DNA of 60,922 nucleotides, counting the filler, from Sluysia triapertura (Eukaryota), in NCBI GenBank assembly GCA_046118255.1. It is 5 parts of 5 records of this genome, joined end to end, with 100 filler letters (N's around TTAATTAATTAA, not from the genome) between each part and the next. Parts side by side here need not be neighbours in the genome. Positions count along the whole stretch, not along the records: positions 12,796 to 24,376 come from JBJNIA010183169.1; positions 24,477 to 35,300 come from JBJNIA010193006.1; 3 more parts are not named here. One strand, 5' to 3'. Numbering within the stretch: position 1 is the stretch's first letter; the number at the start of each line of letters is the position of its first letter. Shown piece after piece: positions 12,796 to 26,956 of the stretch. A model generated the notes under the pieces. The model was not told where the DNA came from. It saw nothing but the letters and a program-made list of their open reading frames with translations, and did no database searches. Both the position numbers and the translations under genes were made by a program.

Positions 12796-14028
12796 ATCTA
12801 TTGTAGTAGAACACTTGCAAAATCAAGGAGCAAATGTATAAAATAAAAATATAAGGAGAATTATGAAGATTAATAATTGAACGATTATTTATTGTACAAT
12901 TTTAGTGGAATTATATTCAAGGAGAAATTGAGAACGTTAGAGTTAGACTACGACAGGCTTAGATTTAAAAAAGAATAGTATCAGAACGATTATTTATTTA
13001 TTGTATTGTAAAGAATATATTCTGTAAGGATTAAATTATCATAAAGTAGACCTCGCCAGACTAATAACATTCTGTATCTATTTTATTGTTTCATAATATA
13101 ACTCATATATGTATGGCAAAAGGAATTATCATAAACTCATAATGAACCCTTGTCACATATACGTGACGATGATTACGAAAAGGTTAATAATAGTTTTGCT
13201 TAAATGAATTTTAAAATTAAATTAATTATCCGAATATAATTAACTTCTACCCTAATATCAAGGATGGATTTATACAATCTTATTATACTTGTTCGTTTGC
13301 ACAAAAGTTATAGTATTAAGTGAAAATATTAAGAGTATATTAATAGTAATATTAATTTACTAATATTAAGAGTAAAAGTGAACAAAATCAAAAATGTTTT
13401 GTGTGGTAAACCATAAAACAAGGTGATGCAAACAATGCAACATTACTTGAACTACAATAGTAGCGTGACTTGCCTTACTTTTTATCCTTTCTTATCTTTT
13501 TTGTGGCACTAAACGACACAACACAAAACAAAATATAAAGTGATAATTAAATTATCAAGACGAATGTTTAGAAATACAGAAATATGATACACAACCATCT
13601 GTTTTATTTTAAAAATAAGAATATAATGCAAATAAATATAATGTAACAAATATAACAAATATATATCATAAAATAAATACTAAGTATTAAGCGTATTTTT
13701 TTAGATGTTATTCAAGTTACAATTCATTACTTAGCTAATTCGGGCATGTACATTAATTTGAACCAAAATTGCCCAGTTAAGTGGTTAAAAAATTTTTAAT
13801 TTATTTTTACTAGATTCACTACTAAAAATAAGCATCAAATGCACAATCGTCATAATTATGTAAAAAATTCTCTAAAATATTTCAAGTGGTGATAGGTTAC
13901 AACATATTTACATTCTAGAGAGCTAAAATAAGTTGCATAAAAATGACAACATTGTAATGTATTAATAGTTCTTACTAATTCGAAAGAATTTTATTCACTT
14001 TTAAATGCGCTTATTTAAATTAAATTAC

Positions 14029-14267
14029 CTTCCATCCTTTTTTATTTAAACTGGCAGATACAACTGTTTCAATAAGATCTTCTATTTTTTCTAATAAATT
14101 AATTTGTTCCACAAATGTCAAATTTTGTTCCGAACTTTCACCATGTTGCAAATCTGTACCTAGATTTAATTTTAAATACGTTTGACCGTGATTTGAACCG
14201 CGACCTTTGCCTCTTTTGGAACGTACTTTCAGTCGAACATTTGGTCGAATCGAATCATAATTAAAAA
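14029..14267 (-). CDS. BAZ2B: BAZ2/toutatis-like bromodomain chromatin factor, exon E (post-WHIM3 helix)
   Basis: LEKIEDLIETVVSASLNKKGWK resembles BAZ2 LxxVEDLExRVxSASLQVKGW. tag acceptor, gt donor; phase 1 matches the previous exon. Confidence 0.8.
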
Positions 14268-16228
14268 CTAAATTAAAACAAAATTTCAAGTATTAATTTT
14301 TTTGAGTAAATAAAGTTAATTAAATTTGGATAATAATAATTTAATATAATAATTATTTAATAACAATAATTGTTTTTATTTATAATGTTGATTTTATATT
14401 CATTATTAGTAAGGACAGTTAAAAATGATTGCCAACTGAGCGATCTCTCCTTTATCTCACCAAAAGCACTGCACTGAGGAAAGTTTGGAATGCCTTTTTA
14501 TGTTCGATCCATCTTCACTGGAACGGGATTCTCTTCCTACGACTCTCATCCAGTCAATTGCCACAACTTTCACATTGAGTTTTAAGCTTTCATCCTCTTC
14601 CATAAATTTTATTAGTAATGTAGTTTGTTAAAAATATAAAAACAAGAAATATTTCGATTTTATGTCATAAGCTTCATTCTTAGCTTTTCAGTGATAACGT
14701 TATATTAATGTCGCATTCAGCAAATTCATAAAACTTATTAATAATTACAGCAAAAAATTAAAAATTAAATTAATTATTATTATTATTATTATTTAATAAT
14801 TATTTAAATAATTATTATTGTTACATTATATATGTTTGTATTAGTTAAATATATTTTATTGTTACAACTTTTTTCTTATATATACTACACAATATAGTCT
14901 TATACTAACGAATAAATTCCTGGCCTTCTATTTTTAGAACTGAATTCGTTATATATTTATTTTATTTGAATTGTATTATGTTAATAGAATGAAATTTTCA
15001 TTTTTATTATTCTCAGTATGTTAAATTTTATGCTAAATATTATTTTTATTATGTTAAATTTAAGTAAACATTCAAATTAATTTATATCATAAATTTACTA
15101 AACAATATTCTGTTAATATTAATTCTGATTATTTATTGCACATATTTTTTATTGATATATTTCGATTTCTATATTATTTATTGTACAATTATGCTATATC
15201 TCTTAAGTTTTAAGTTTAGTTTGAACATTTCTATTTATATTTAGTTATCTTAATGTTAATATAAGTAGTATATACTTTATCTTAGAATTATCACAATAAT
15301 AAGGTCATTCCTTATCAATGAATCATCCTCATTATGGGATTGTTTCTCAGTAAAAATTTAATTTAAATATTTAAATATTTACATTGTTTACTAATTATTA
15401 ATATTTGTAAAACTTATACAGAATTATGTAAAATTATTTTATTATTTACCATCACATTTGATACACCGTCGTCAGCAGATTTTTAAATCCAAAAATTTCT
15501 ATTTAAAGAAACATTTTCAAAATTTGAAACTTTATTCTTCAAGTGGTCAGACCATGAAAATTGGATTAAGTTGAATCAGAACTACATAGAGATATTTTAA
15601 AATATATATTTTCATATTATTTAAACAAATGCTGATTGACAATTAGCATTTATATTGCAAATCTGTATTAGTTATTCTTTTTTCGCTTGGGATTTCAACA
15701 GAACAAAAACGTATATTCCGAGTCAAAAATGAGGAATAAACCTTGAACAAAAATTTTAACAATTAATTTAATTCACCGTACATCTTTAGTTATAATTTTT
15801 ATTAATTGTATTATGGAATTTTAATATGTTTTCATTATCAAAATCATTTCCGATTATAAATTGTTTTCTTGAAATCTAAGAATTTTATGGTGCTTCTGTA
15901 TTCCAAAAATTCAAATGTTTAATTCAAAAATAGCTACTACAAGCGAAAATATAAAACAGGTAAAAGAAAATTAATTTTTTAATATGTTAAGGTAACTTTA
16001 TACATTTTTATCTGAGTTTAAGGCCATATTTGCAAGCTAGATATGTTTATCGTTTTTATAAAATAATAATTAATTAGAAAGCTATAATTTTTTAAACAAA
16101 ATATCTATATATATTTCAAAAAAGTTTAATTATATTGCTACTTATTAAATATTTATCAAGTGATTTTACATATAATTTATTATAGAATATAGTAATTAGA
16201 TAAAAATACTAAACAAAAAATAAAAAAC

Positions 16229-16535
16229 CTTTTGTAATATCCTCTTTTATTGTGACAATAATCAATTCGTAATATTTTTCTAAAGATCTATATAAATGCC
16301 TTTCTCTTAAACCTCGACGATGAAGTGACATCATCAATTGTTTCAACTGTTCTTCAGTACGAATCCAACTCCATACATGTTTAGAACCGTTTATTAATTC
16401 TTGGGGAACTGTTTTATTGATATTTGCACTTTGTTTACCAATTCTTTCCAATTCATTGTCAACTAAAACTTTTATTTTGTCCGATTTATTGTGTGATGAA
16501 AAGAAATTCCATTTATGATTTGTTTCATATGAATT
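16229..16535 (-). CDS. BAZ2B: BAZ2/toutatis-like, exon D (WHIM3/WSD)
   Basis: WSWIRTEEQLKQLMMSLHRRGLRERHL is the WHIM3 motif (W..I...EL..L...LH.RG.RE..L). AG/GT boundaries, phases 0 and 1. Confidence 0.88.
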
Positions 16536-16871
16536 CTAAATAAATCAAATAAAAGTTACAAATGTACTGCTGACAATAATAAATAAAACAAATTTTATTA
16601 AAATTAATCATAGATTTTAACTAATAAATTGGATTAATTAGAAAATAAAAAGAAAACAAATTTAATAATATTTTTGTATAAAAGTTAAATGACATTGTTA
16701 CTAAAATATTTATTTTTGTTTTGAAAAAAAATTGACTTATAAACTCCACAATAATTTCCTGAAATAATTTTTACTAAACAATTATATTGTTATTATATTT
16801 TAAAACAAAATATTTACAATGTTAAATTTGTTGAAACATTTTTTTCGAATATTTAAATTGGCATCAATTAA

Positions 16872-16937
16872 CACGATGGCTATAGCCGCCAGTTTTTGTT
16901 TTTAATAAATGGTGGGAAAAAAGTGTGCATCAACGTG
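16872..16937. mobile_element. 66-bp TTAA-flanked mini-MITE (CACGATG...CAACGTG)
   Basis: TTAA at 16868-16871 and 16938-16941; terminal inverted repeat 6/7 match. Confidence 0.4.
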
Positions 16938-18044
16938 TTAAGCGTTACTGAATGTATATATTTGTTTAAATATATGCTTAAGTGATCTCTTTTTCGAAAT
17001 GTAATTTAATATCTATTAGATCGGGTCATTTTTGCTTCTAATGAAGACTGAGTTTCTTATTGGACGAATTATCTGATGGATTACCATTAATCCGATCTCG
17101 TAATGTCAATTTTAGGAACACAGATGAGTCATCATGCATATCATTATTAGATAACATATACTGTCAAGTCTTGTATTATTCAGATAATTCATAATTTCTG
17201 TTTTTATAAGTATACTTGCTTTAGTTTGATTGGATAAATAAATCTCTTCAAATTAAATTACTAATTAGATGATTTTACAGTACAACCTATTACACTATTG
17301 CATTTTCTTGATATATTCCTATCTTCGATGGGTTAAGAAATAGCAGAGTTGCTATAATCTCCAATAACACTTAATTTTCTTAAATTACTTAAATTATACA
17401 TTAAGCAATAATGTGAAATATAAATAATTTATATTTTATTTATTATTAATTTCGATAATTTTAATCATTATGATGATTTAGAAAATAACCTTAATTATTT
17501 TTATAATTATAATTAATAGTAGCATTGTAATTATAATTTAATACAATAATAATTTAATTATATTTATAATCAACATTGTAAATCATGATTTTTGTTTATT
17601 TAAATTCATGAAATTTTAATAATTAATATTAAATAAATTTATGAATTTTCGTTAATAAAATAATAATAAGTCTATTTTAAATTTACTATTTTCTTTGTTT
17701 TATAATATTGAAGCATGTCAGAATTAAATTTTTTCTTTGGGGGTCAAATTTAATTCTGATCCAAATATATTATAATTTTTCATATATTTAGAGTTATTTT
17801 AATTTGCAAATAAAGTTACTATTTTTGAGTTTTATAATGATATTTCCTTTTTCATTAGTTTTTAATTTTCCATACATTGTGCAACTTTCTATCGATTTTG
17901 AATTTTGTACCTCCGGTCTTGTGTTTTGTTCAATTTTTCTCTTGTTAATTTATTTGCATACGGAATTTTGTTGTTGAAGTCTAAGAAAACTTCGAATTTC
18001 AATTCAGTCTATTTGTGTTAAGGAAATTCTCGAAGAATTCTTAA

Positions 18045-19108
18045 CCCTTTTAGAACAGAATGCCTATCTGATAATATTTAAATATGATTCGCCGTTAGGA
18101 ATTTTTCAGATATATTTATATCAAACTATAGATAATGACAAAAGCTTTCATTTGATATGTTGCATTCTCTATAATGATAAAATATTATTTCCATTTTATA
18201 CCTAAAATAATTTTTCAGAAATTTCAGATTTAAAAAGTTCAACTTTTGGCAGGTAGACTGTATTTTATTTGAAGCAAAAATAAGAGTTATAGAAATAGAC
18301 ATCTACATAAGTCGAATTTTTACTTCACGCCAAAAATAATCATTTTAGGAGTTCGTTTTATGGAAGTTTTTATTATGAAGTTAAAATGAAACATTTTTCG
18401 CAAAACTCCAAATGCAAATATTAATTTCCAATTGAAATTTTAAATTTGGTAAGCGAAATTTTCATTTTACACCAAAAAATAGACTCAGAGACAGCTTCAA
18501 ATTGCAAAAAGATAAACTTACAGAAGGATAACGTATTTTGTTCTAAATGCCAAAATATTGCTCTAAAACAAAATAAATAATTTTATTGGAAAATTTTTAT
18601 TTCGGCTTTTTTTAAATGGTTAAAAGTCGAAAAGAGAAATATATTCTCTATAAATAATCATTTAAAATATGAACTTACCTATAAATATCGTTTCTGAGAT
18701 ACTTTTAGGAGTTATTTGAGTCATATAAACTGATGATGCATTGTGCATGTTATTATAGTACAAAATCAAAATTTATGAAAATTCAAAGCTTACCAAATCT
18801 TTGTAAAGAGTCATTTTTTTAGAGTTGTTACATTCATAGTAGAAAAAACGATTTTTCAAAGACGATTTTTCCGTCAAAATATTTACCTTCGAAATGACTG
18901 TTTAAACTTTTAAAGCAAATATGAAATTGGAAATTTATTTCTGGATAGAAGAGATAAATAAGAATAAATCTTTTTCAATAAAAAGAAAATTACACTTAAT
19001 TTATGAATTCAATATTCAATTTATTAATATTATGATTAAAATTCTACATTAAATGTTAGATTTCAAAGGTAAGCTGCCACTAAAAGTCTAAGAATTTGTT
19101 TAATAGGG
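18045..19108. mobile_element. Possible degenerate ~1.06 kb non-autonomous piggyBac-like element in a BAZ2 intron
   Basis: ttaa-CCCTTTTAGAACAGAAT at the left; imperfect inverse AATTTGTTTAATAGGG near a TTAA at the right. Confidence 0.25.
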
Positions 19109-19625
19109 TCTTAATTATACATTTTATATGCGAAATAACAAAAATCAAATTTAAAATAAAAAATTCAGTCAATAATTTTCAATCTTTATTCATATGGCAT
19201 TTTTAAAATAGTTTTTAAACTGTGATTAAAACTTTTATTTTGATTGTTTTCTTAATGAAATACAAAAAAAACAAAAAGCATCGAAAATTCCAAAATCAAA
19301 AAATTAATTTAATTTTCCTTTATTACATATTTAAAACAAGATTATAAACAAAAAGTTGATTTTATTTAATTATCTTGTGTAATTATTAAAAAAACTGCTT
19401 TTAAACATTTTCAAAACTCCAATGATTCAAAATTAAGTTTCAAAATTGAATCTAGGTATTTGTGTTTATAAATCACTTTAATAATTTAATAATAAAAATT
19501 CTTTCGTTTATTATGAAAATAGTTATATCCACAGGGAATAATAGTAATAATAATAAATTTTATTTACTTTTATTTGTCAATAATTTAAAATTATGTGAAA
19601 ATTAAAATAAAAATAAACAATTTAC

Positions 19626-20475
19626 TTCATCTAAATCATACTCTTCTTTCAAAAGATCAGGTTTCATATTTAACCATGAAATAAGATTTTCCATTGGATT
19701 ATCTGCAGTACAATTATTCAAATAGTCGATTATTCTTTGACGATAATAAAGTTTTAATTGTTCCAATTCTAAATGAGGATATAATTGTTTGGTGCGATTA
19801 GAATAAAATAGTATACATTTATCAACTAATTTACAGTCAATTTTATTAGCGTTTTTTAAACATATTGGATCAACTTGATGTTTACGTAGATCTAATGGTT
19901 CTGTTTGATCCTCTTTATTATCTGTCATATCTTGAATATTGTAATAATTATTAGTATTATTATTATTATCATTAATGTTACTATTATTTGTGATAATATC
20001 ATTATTATCATTACAGGTTTTGTCAATATTTTTATTTATTTCTTCTGAAGGCGGTTCTATATATATTGCACCCAAATGTCTTAATAAAAAATAGTTTCTA
20101 TAGTAACGATCCTGGCCTAAATGTATTCCTCTTAACTTTTGTTCATTAAACATTAAATCTTGTTTCTTTTGTTGCAACAAAAGTGTTAATTTTTCTATTT
20201 TTTTCTCAAGTTCTTCTTGATTACTACATTGCATTAAATCGTCTTCTTCGGTCCCTTTTAATGGTGTTGAAAATGATGAAAAAGTATGTGCAATATTAAA
20301 TGTATTTGTATCCATAGAATCTTCATTAGTTTCAAGATCTGAATCAGGATCAGTAATTGAATGGGACTGGTTTAAACTATAATCCGATAATAAAGAATTA
20401 TTGAGTTCTTCATTGATTGAGGGAATAATTGAACTAATTGGTGCTATTTGCTTTTGTGATTGGATTATTCTTATT
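19626..20475 (-). CDS. BAZ2B: BAZ2/toutatis-like, exon C (WHIM2 plus Asn-rich linker)
   Basis: LRGIHLGQDRYYRNYFLL...GAIYIE is the WHIM2 motif (LGxDRyxRxYW). aag acceptor, gt donor, phases 2 and 0. Confidence 0.88.
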
Positions 20476-20922
20476 CTTAAAAATAAAAAATAAATTAATA
20501 ACAACAAAATATTTTCGTTTACGAAACAATCTTTTACAAATGTATTACATTTATTTAATAGTTAAATATGTTTTAACTATTACTTTTAATATTTTTATTG
20601 TCAATTTCTAAAGTTTATGTACATCTACTATTAATTTTGTAAACAGCCAATGAAATAATTATGAAAACAAAAATTTAACTTTTCCTTCAAAAGATACTAT
20701 TTAGATACTTCATCTTCACTGTTTTTAATATTTGCTTTTTATGTATAAAAGAAATTTAGAAATTAATTAAAAGCAACACATTGCTTTTTAGCATTTATTT
20801 TATAAATTTTATTATTTTATGTTTATTTAAATTTTTTCATAAATTATTATTTGCTACAAATAATGTTATTTTTTTAAATAACAATTACTTTGGGCAGTAG
20901 ATCTTTGTAAAAAAATATATCA

Positions 20923-20928
<6 letters not shown>

Positions 20929-20966
<38 letters not shown>
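20929..20966. repeat. (AAT)n microsatellite
   Basis: Direct reading. Confidence 0.9.
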
Positions 20967-21436
20967 GTTGAATGTATAAATTTCTGATATTAATTTTTAT
21001 ATTTGCGTTTTAAAATAAATAAAATTTATGTTTCATATTTTGTTTAAATAAAGTTTTTGTGGTTTTTTTAGTGACTTAAACAAATTAAGACAAGATTGAC
21101 CAAAAAAAATGTTCTTAAGTAAAGAACCTTAACGAAGTTAATTTATTAATAACCTTAGAAATCAAACAAAACCTTAAAAATATTATTACAAAAATTTATA
21201 AAATCTAAAAAAGCAATTATTTGATATAATTGTACATGAAAGATTTGTTGTGAAAAATTTTTCTAACAATATTTGTGATGCAGTTTTATTTAATTATAAA
21301 ATTTAATTATGCAAGAAATATTTTAATTATATATTTAATTAAAAATATTTTTTCTAAAAATGTGGTACAATTATTATACCAGAAAATTGTAATATAAATT
21401 TTTTAATGAAAATTAGAATATATGAAACAAAACAAC

Positions 21437-21511
21437 CTTCTTATTTGACCATCTAAAAGCCATTTGTCTTTTCGAATTATTGTTTGTTCTTCAAGTATTT
21501 TATCGATTTCA
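21437..21511 (-). CDS. BAZ2B: BAZ2/toutatis-like, exon B (75 nt)
   Basis: EIDKILEEQTIIRKDKWLLDGQIR resembles BAZ2B EIDKNIDYMSNLRRDKWVVEGKLR. cag/gt boundaries, phase 2/2. Confidence 0.85.
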
Positions 21512-22660
21512 CTGAATATTTATTATAATAAAAATTAATACAAAAAAATTATTATTAAAAATTAAAATAATTTAAAAGGCAATTAAAAATAGTTAAATAA
21601 TTAAAAATAATATTATCATGAAAATAAGATAAAATAAATTTTATTAAATATTGAAGTGATTATTTTTCTAAAGGATTGTTAAATAAAATTTTCAACAAAT
21701 TAAAAATGAATAAATTGTACAATTTGTTATTTTTAAAGAATGAAACCTAAGAAGTTTAAGCATATGTTGGGATCTAAAAAATATTTTATATAAAATATGT
21801 TTCATGGAATGACAAAATAAAAATATTTCAGAATTATTAATTTTGAATTATAAAAAAAACAAATTTAATTTTTAAATTAATTTATTTTAAATCAGTAGAC
21901 CTTAAAGGATTAAAATATTTTTATTCGATACGAAGTAAATATTGAAGGTTTTTTTATAAATACATATCATAATAAATTGCGCAATATATGTGAGTTTTAC
22001 TTATGTATATTTTGGAAATGTGAAACACAGAAAATATTTGATTATTCATTAAAAATATAATTAATAAAAAATTATAATTTTTCATTTATTGTAATTTTTT
22101 ACGTAACATTTAAAAGTAGCCTAAAAAATTCAATTAAAAAACTATTAAATGAATGTTAAATTAAATGAATTTTGCGGAATAATTTTTAATATTAATTAAA
22201 AATTTAATAATTTAATAATTTAAAAATCTATAATTCAGTGATAAAAACTTGATTGAAATCATTGATCTCTGTAAGCACTAATTATTAAATCCGTTACATT
22301 GTCCATTACCGATAATTCAAAAAATAATAATAATAATTTAATAATAATAATACAATGATAATACAATGATAAACAGTCAATAGTAATTATTTTTCATAAT
22401 AATAATTATAATAATACTTATATATACCACAATAGGTATTTCACTCTTTTTTATTTTACATTTGTAAATGTTAAGCTGTTTGTTACTGAAGTTAAATCAA
22501 TTTTATTTCTACAAATTTCTCAATTTTTATTAATAGTCAATTTACAAAACACCAAATAGAAATATTTTTTATTTGCTATTTTTTATATTATATTAAAAAC
22601 ATTTAAATTTATTTTATTTAATGAATTATTTATAAAATTAAATTAATAATAATATATATT

Positions 22661-23340
22661 AATTTTTATTGCACTCACATCTACTAGAAAATAAATCATT
22701 CACCATAATATTTCTGAAACAGAAAGAAGTTTGTCTTTTTCTTAAATATTTCATAATGTGACATTCTCTGGTAGCTGGTTGTATATTTTTGAAACATAAC
22801 TATGACCTAGTTTATTATCACTGTAGATTATATACAGATTATTATGTCTCAATGAAATATTCATCTTGGTTTCAAAATTTTTACTATTTCTAAGAGATAT
22901 TCAGGCTTTACGTAATATAAATATCTGTAAATTTTGATTTGAATTAAACTCTTGGTTTTATTGGCAACCAATATAATTTCTTAAGATAAAGTATTATGTG
23001 AGGTCGTATTTCCACTTGAAAATTTAATCTTGCTGTTTGATTTGTAATTTTTCACTTTTCTATATGAAATTGATTGCAATATATTATTGTTAAAATCTAT
23101 GTTATTCGTTATCAATGAATGAGCATTTAGTTTAGGTGTTTCTTTATTAATAAATTTTCGAATATTATAATATCCACGTTTTACTTTGCAATAGCTTGAT
23201 ATAGTATATTACGAGTTTCTATAATTCTTTCTTTGTTTCATAAGTTTTTTTACTTATCCATTTCCTTTCTTCGTAACTCAATAATCACAGAATTAAACAA
23301 AAGCTTTTCATTATCACCACATTTTAAAACAACATTTTTG
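22661..23340 (-). mobile_element. 5'-truncated L2/CR1-group LINE fossil in a BAZ2 intron
   Basis: Decayed C-terminal motifs HSLITNNIDF and LKKLYWLPIKPRV. The 3' part is near-identical to 37590-37850. Confidence 0.75.
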
Positions 23341-24006
23341 CATTTTTATTTATTTACTAATTATAATAACAATATATTTATAATTTTATACATTACTTAA
23401 TATCAAAATAAACTTTGTAAATTTAAATAATGATTATAATTATAGATATATGTGAAAAAGTATATGGAAAAATAAAAAGTGTATAAAATTTTATCTACAC
23501 TTTATCTATAAAATGTATTACATAAATTAAACTTTGAATATGTTAAAGTTTGCAATTAAAATGCAATTATTATATATTCATATCAATTATTATTATTATT
23601 AAAGTATTTTTGTTTTATTAATTTTGTATAAAATTTTGTAATATATTAAGAAAAATATAAATTTAAATATAAAAATACAAAAATTAAAACGTTTAAATGA
23701 TTGACTTAATATTTTTTGTATTATTCGTTAAAATAATTTTTAAAAAAAATCTATTTTCTCTAAAAAAAATATTGTCTAATTCGAAATAATATTTATCATG
23801 ACATCATATTTGAATTATAAGAAAATTAATACAATCATGGTAACTGTTTCTGGAAACACAGTATAGAAGATTCATTTTGATTATGTACTAAAAGAATATC
23901 TTTTTTGATGTATAAAAAGGATACATTTATCACTATATAAATTAATATAATATTAATATATTACTTTATATTTATGAATAACAAAAATTAATAAATATTA
24001 ATTTAC

Positions 24007-24227
24007 TTTGATATAACTCGACTAAACATCATTTCTTTTACAACAAAAGCAATTAAGCAGGCTTGATTATCACCGGGTAAATTAATAAATTTAGTATCTC
24101 TAAGCCATGTTTCTAGTTCCATTTCATTATCAACTGAACGACCTATTATAAAAGCTCGTAAAATATTCGTTAACGTTTCGTGATTAATTTCTAATTCCGA
24201 AAATTTGTAACCAGTTATTTGATGAAT
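24007..24227 (-). CDS. BAZ2B: BAZ2/toutatis-like, exon A (WHIM1); gene continues past the contig end
   Basis: INHETLTNILRAFI...LRDTKFINLPGDNQACLIAFVVKEMMFSRVIS resembles BAZ2B VNRDNVSEILQIFM...LKTKAFQAHTPAQKASVLAFLINELACSKSVVS. cag/gt boundaries. Confidence 0.8.
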
Positions 24228-24376
24228 CTGTTTTAAATAATATAAAAATTAAAAATTGGTTTTATAAATTTGATTATTATACAAAATATTTGAATTTAAC
24301 TTAGTTTTATCTAAGTTTTTGATATATGCTCAATTTTCATTTAAAATGAAGATAGCATATTAATAGCACATTAATA

Positions 24377-24476
24377 NNNNNNNNNNNNNNNNNNNNNNNN
24401 NNNNNNNNNNNNNNNNNNNNTTAATTAATTAANNNNNNNNNNNNNNNNNNNNNNNNNNNNNNNNNNNNNNNNNNNN
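24377..24476. other. Artificial contig linker
   Basis: N44-TTAATTAATTAA-N44. Confidence 0.98.
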
Positions 24477-24819
24477 GTCAATAGAGCAGTCTCTCCAACT
24501 GGAATTTCTCGAAATAAAGCCACTACAGTTTCTGGTGTCATGCCTATAACATCTTGTCGATTAAAACCTCCAAGTACATCACCAGGTTGTATTAAACTGA
24601 CACTGCAGCCTGAGCAAGTTTTTGGTTTAGTATCATTTTCAGTTTGATTTTTGTCGCTTTTTGAATTTGAATTTTCAGAAGCAGTACAAATAAATTGATG
24701 CTGTACATTTCGAATTTTTAATAAAGACACTACATTTAGTACTGTTTCATCGACCAATGTTAAACCGAAACCTTTTGGACTTTTACATATTACTACATCA
24801 AATCGATCTGATATTTGAA
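24477..24819 (-). CDS. PDZ-domain exon, MAGI-like scaffold (truncated by the contig end)
   Basis: Acceptor tag|TT at 24820/24819. KSPKGFGLTLVD (carboxylate-binding loop), LLKIRNV, IQPGDVL, VVALFREIPVG resembles MAGI VVxxFQSIPIG. Confidence 0.75.
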
Positions 24820-25189
24820 CTAAAATTATTTACAAAAAGTTCAAATAAAGATAAATTAAATATTAATTTTTTGATGTTACAAAATATTTTTATAATCTCT
24901 TAAAAACATTAAATAAATAAATAAATAAATATTTATTAAATAAATAAATAGAATAAAAATATTACCATTACTATTATTGAAATTTTAAAAAACATAACTA
25001 AAAATGCTTTTTTACACTAAATATCAATATATGTATATATTATTCAATAATTTATATTGTTATACAATTAAAATATAACAAATTTTATCAATTTAAATTG
25101 TTAAATAATAAAATTAAATTAAATTAATAAATTTAAATTAATAAAAATAAAATTAATTGAAAAACACATATTTAGTATTTTAAAAAGTT

Positions 25190-26061
25190 CGCTTATTTGA
25201 AATAATACTATCATAAGGTCTTGAAATATTAAGTTATACAATTTGTTTTTCTCGAATATTGTCGTTTATCTAAGGAATTTTTGATACGAATATTTCTTAT
25301 ATATTTTTCACAATATTTCGATCGGGTAAGTATGATAGCCATTCTAAAATGATATTATTATAATTCTGAAATCAATTAATAATATATTTCGACTTGTGGA
25401 TTAGTCAAAATATGTAGCAATGTACCTTTTAGTATATTTTGATAGTTCTATATCAATACAACTCCATATGATCAATAATTTACCAATAAAGTTTTCTTTT
25501 GACGAATAATAGTATTTTCTTCGCATCGATAGTTTTTTGTAGTAATAAAGTTCATCTAAATTCCAACTTTTTTCATCAGAAAATGTAATGAACATTAAAA
25601 AATTAAAATTTATCTTGCCTTTATTTTTTAATAAATAAAAATGCCTTTTATTTGGACTTATATTTAGAAATTTCTATTTCTTTAAATGTTTTATTTGTAA
25701 TATAAAACACACTTGTTTGACCTCTATCTTTTAATTAACCTTTTATTCTTAAACTATCGATAATTTTTCCTTTTTAAGTCAAGTACTTCTCGAAACCAAT
25801 AACTAATTTTGTTACCTATTTAATTTCAATTAGAAATTAAATGAATAATAAATTACTTATTGATTCAATAAATTAATATTTAATTTAATATTTAAAAAAT
25901 TATTTAACATGTTTTATTTGTTTTACAATACAATTATTACTTCTAAATATATCTAACAAATTTAGATGTTTAGTGCCACATTCATTTCATTTACATACTT
26001 TAATAATGGTGATAAAATTCTAAACTTCGATTTTTGCTTCTTTCTTCATTAAACGTGACAT
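25190..26061 (-). mobile_element. Tc3/Tc1-like DDE transposase fossil
   Basis: FSDEKSWNLD...SKENFIGKLLIIWSC resembles Tc3 FSDEKKFNLDG...SRRNFGGGTVMVWG. LEWLSYLPDRNIVKNI resembles WPARSPDLNPIENLW. Many stops and frameshifts. Confidence 0.7.
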
Positions 26062-26158
26062 CTGTCTAAGGGAAATATGTTGAAATCTTCCGGATATTTT
26101 TATTATTCTTATAATTGACTTGTACATTTAGTTTGTCTTCATGCATTTTTATGATTAA

Positions 26159-26229
26159 CCCCTTAACGCGCAGAAACGTATTAACACGGGCGTGCATTAA
26201 GTTTTTTTTAAAAATTGTGCATTAAGGGG
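26159..26229. mobile_element. 71-bp TTAA-flanked piggyBac-type mini-MITE
   Basis: TTAA at 26155-26158 and 26230-26233. TIR CCCCTTAACGCGCA versus reverse complement CCCCTTAATGCACA (12/14). Confidence 0.7.
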
Positions 26230-26956
26230 TTAATACGATAACTATTATATGACTTCATACACATAAGCGCATTCTATGACTTCTTTTAATCGAACTAGAG
26301 TTACTTTTGATTCGAAAAACATTTTATTACTAAACCACTAATCATTGTAAGCGAATTTTATGTTCATTTGACATACCTATAATTTTCAGCTAGAATTTAA
26401 ATAGATAATAAATTATATATTTGACATCATGTAAATAAAATCTATTAGGAACTTCAAAATAAGCTTAAAACTTTTTGACTCTAAAAAAATTAAGACGGTG
26501 ATTTAAATTCCATTGGAAACTAAAAAGTAAAGAAATAATTCTGAAAATTTGTACCTTTAAAATTCGTAAACTCATTACAAAATTTTGGCATATTCTTGCC
26601 TTAATATTGAATCAAAATATTAGGATTATAATAAAAATTACGAGATTCTTTTAATCATCAGCCTGTATTTATTAAGAAATACAATTTGTAGTGATTATAT
26701 TTGGATTTACACTCCAATATAAAAGGTTCATACTATCAAAATGTTAAAATGTAATCGAAAATTATTGCTCGAATGAATATATAGATTTCAAATTATCATA
26801 ATTTTGGAAAACATAAGTAGTTAGTAAAAAAATTATTCATACATATAAAAATATATCTTTATTGCTTTTTTTAAATAATGTTTTTATTGTATTTATCATT
26901 TTTATCATTTGCATTTTTTGCATTTATTTTTAAAATTGAATATATACAATTATTAA

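Noticed and set aside
24425-24476. C-terminal part of ORF 24425-24757
   Set aside because: Runs into the N linker; the stop is artificial
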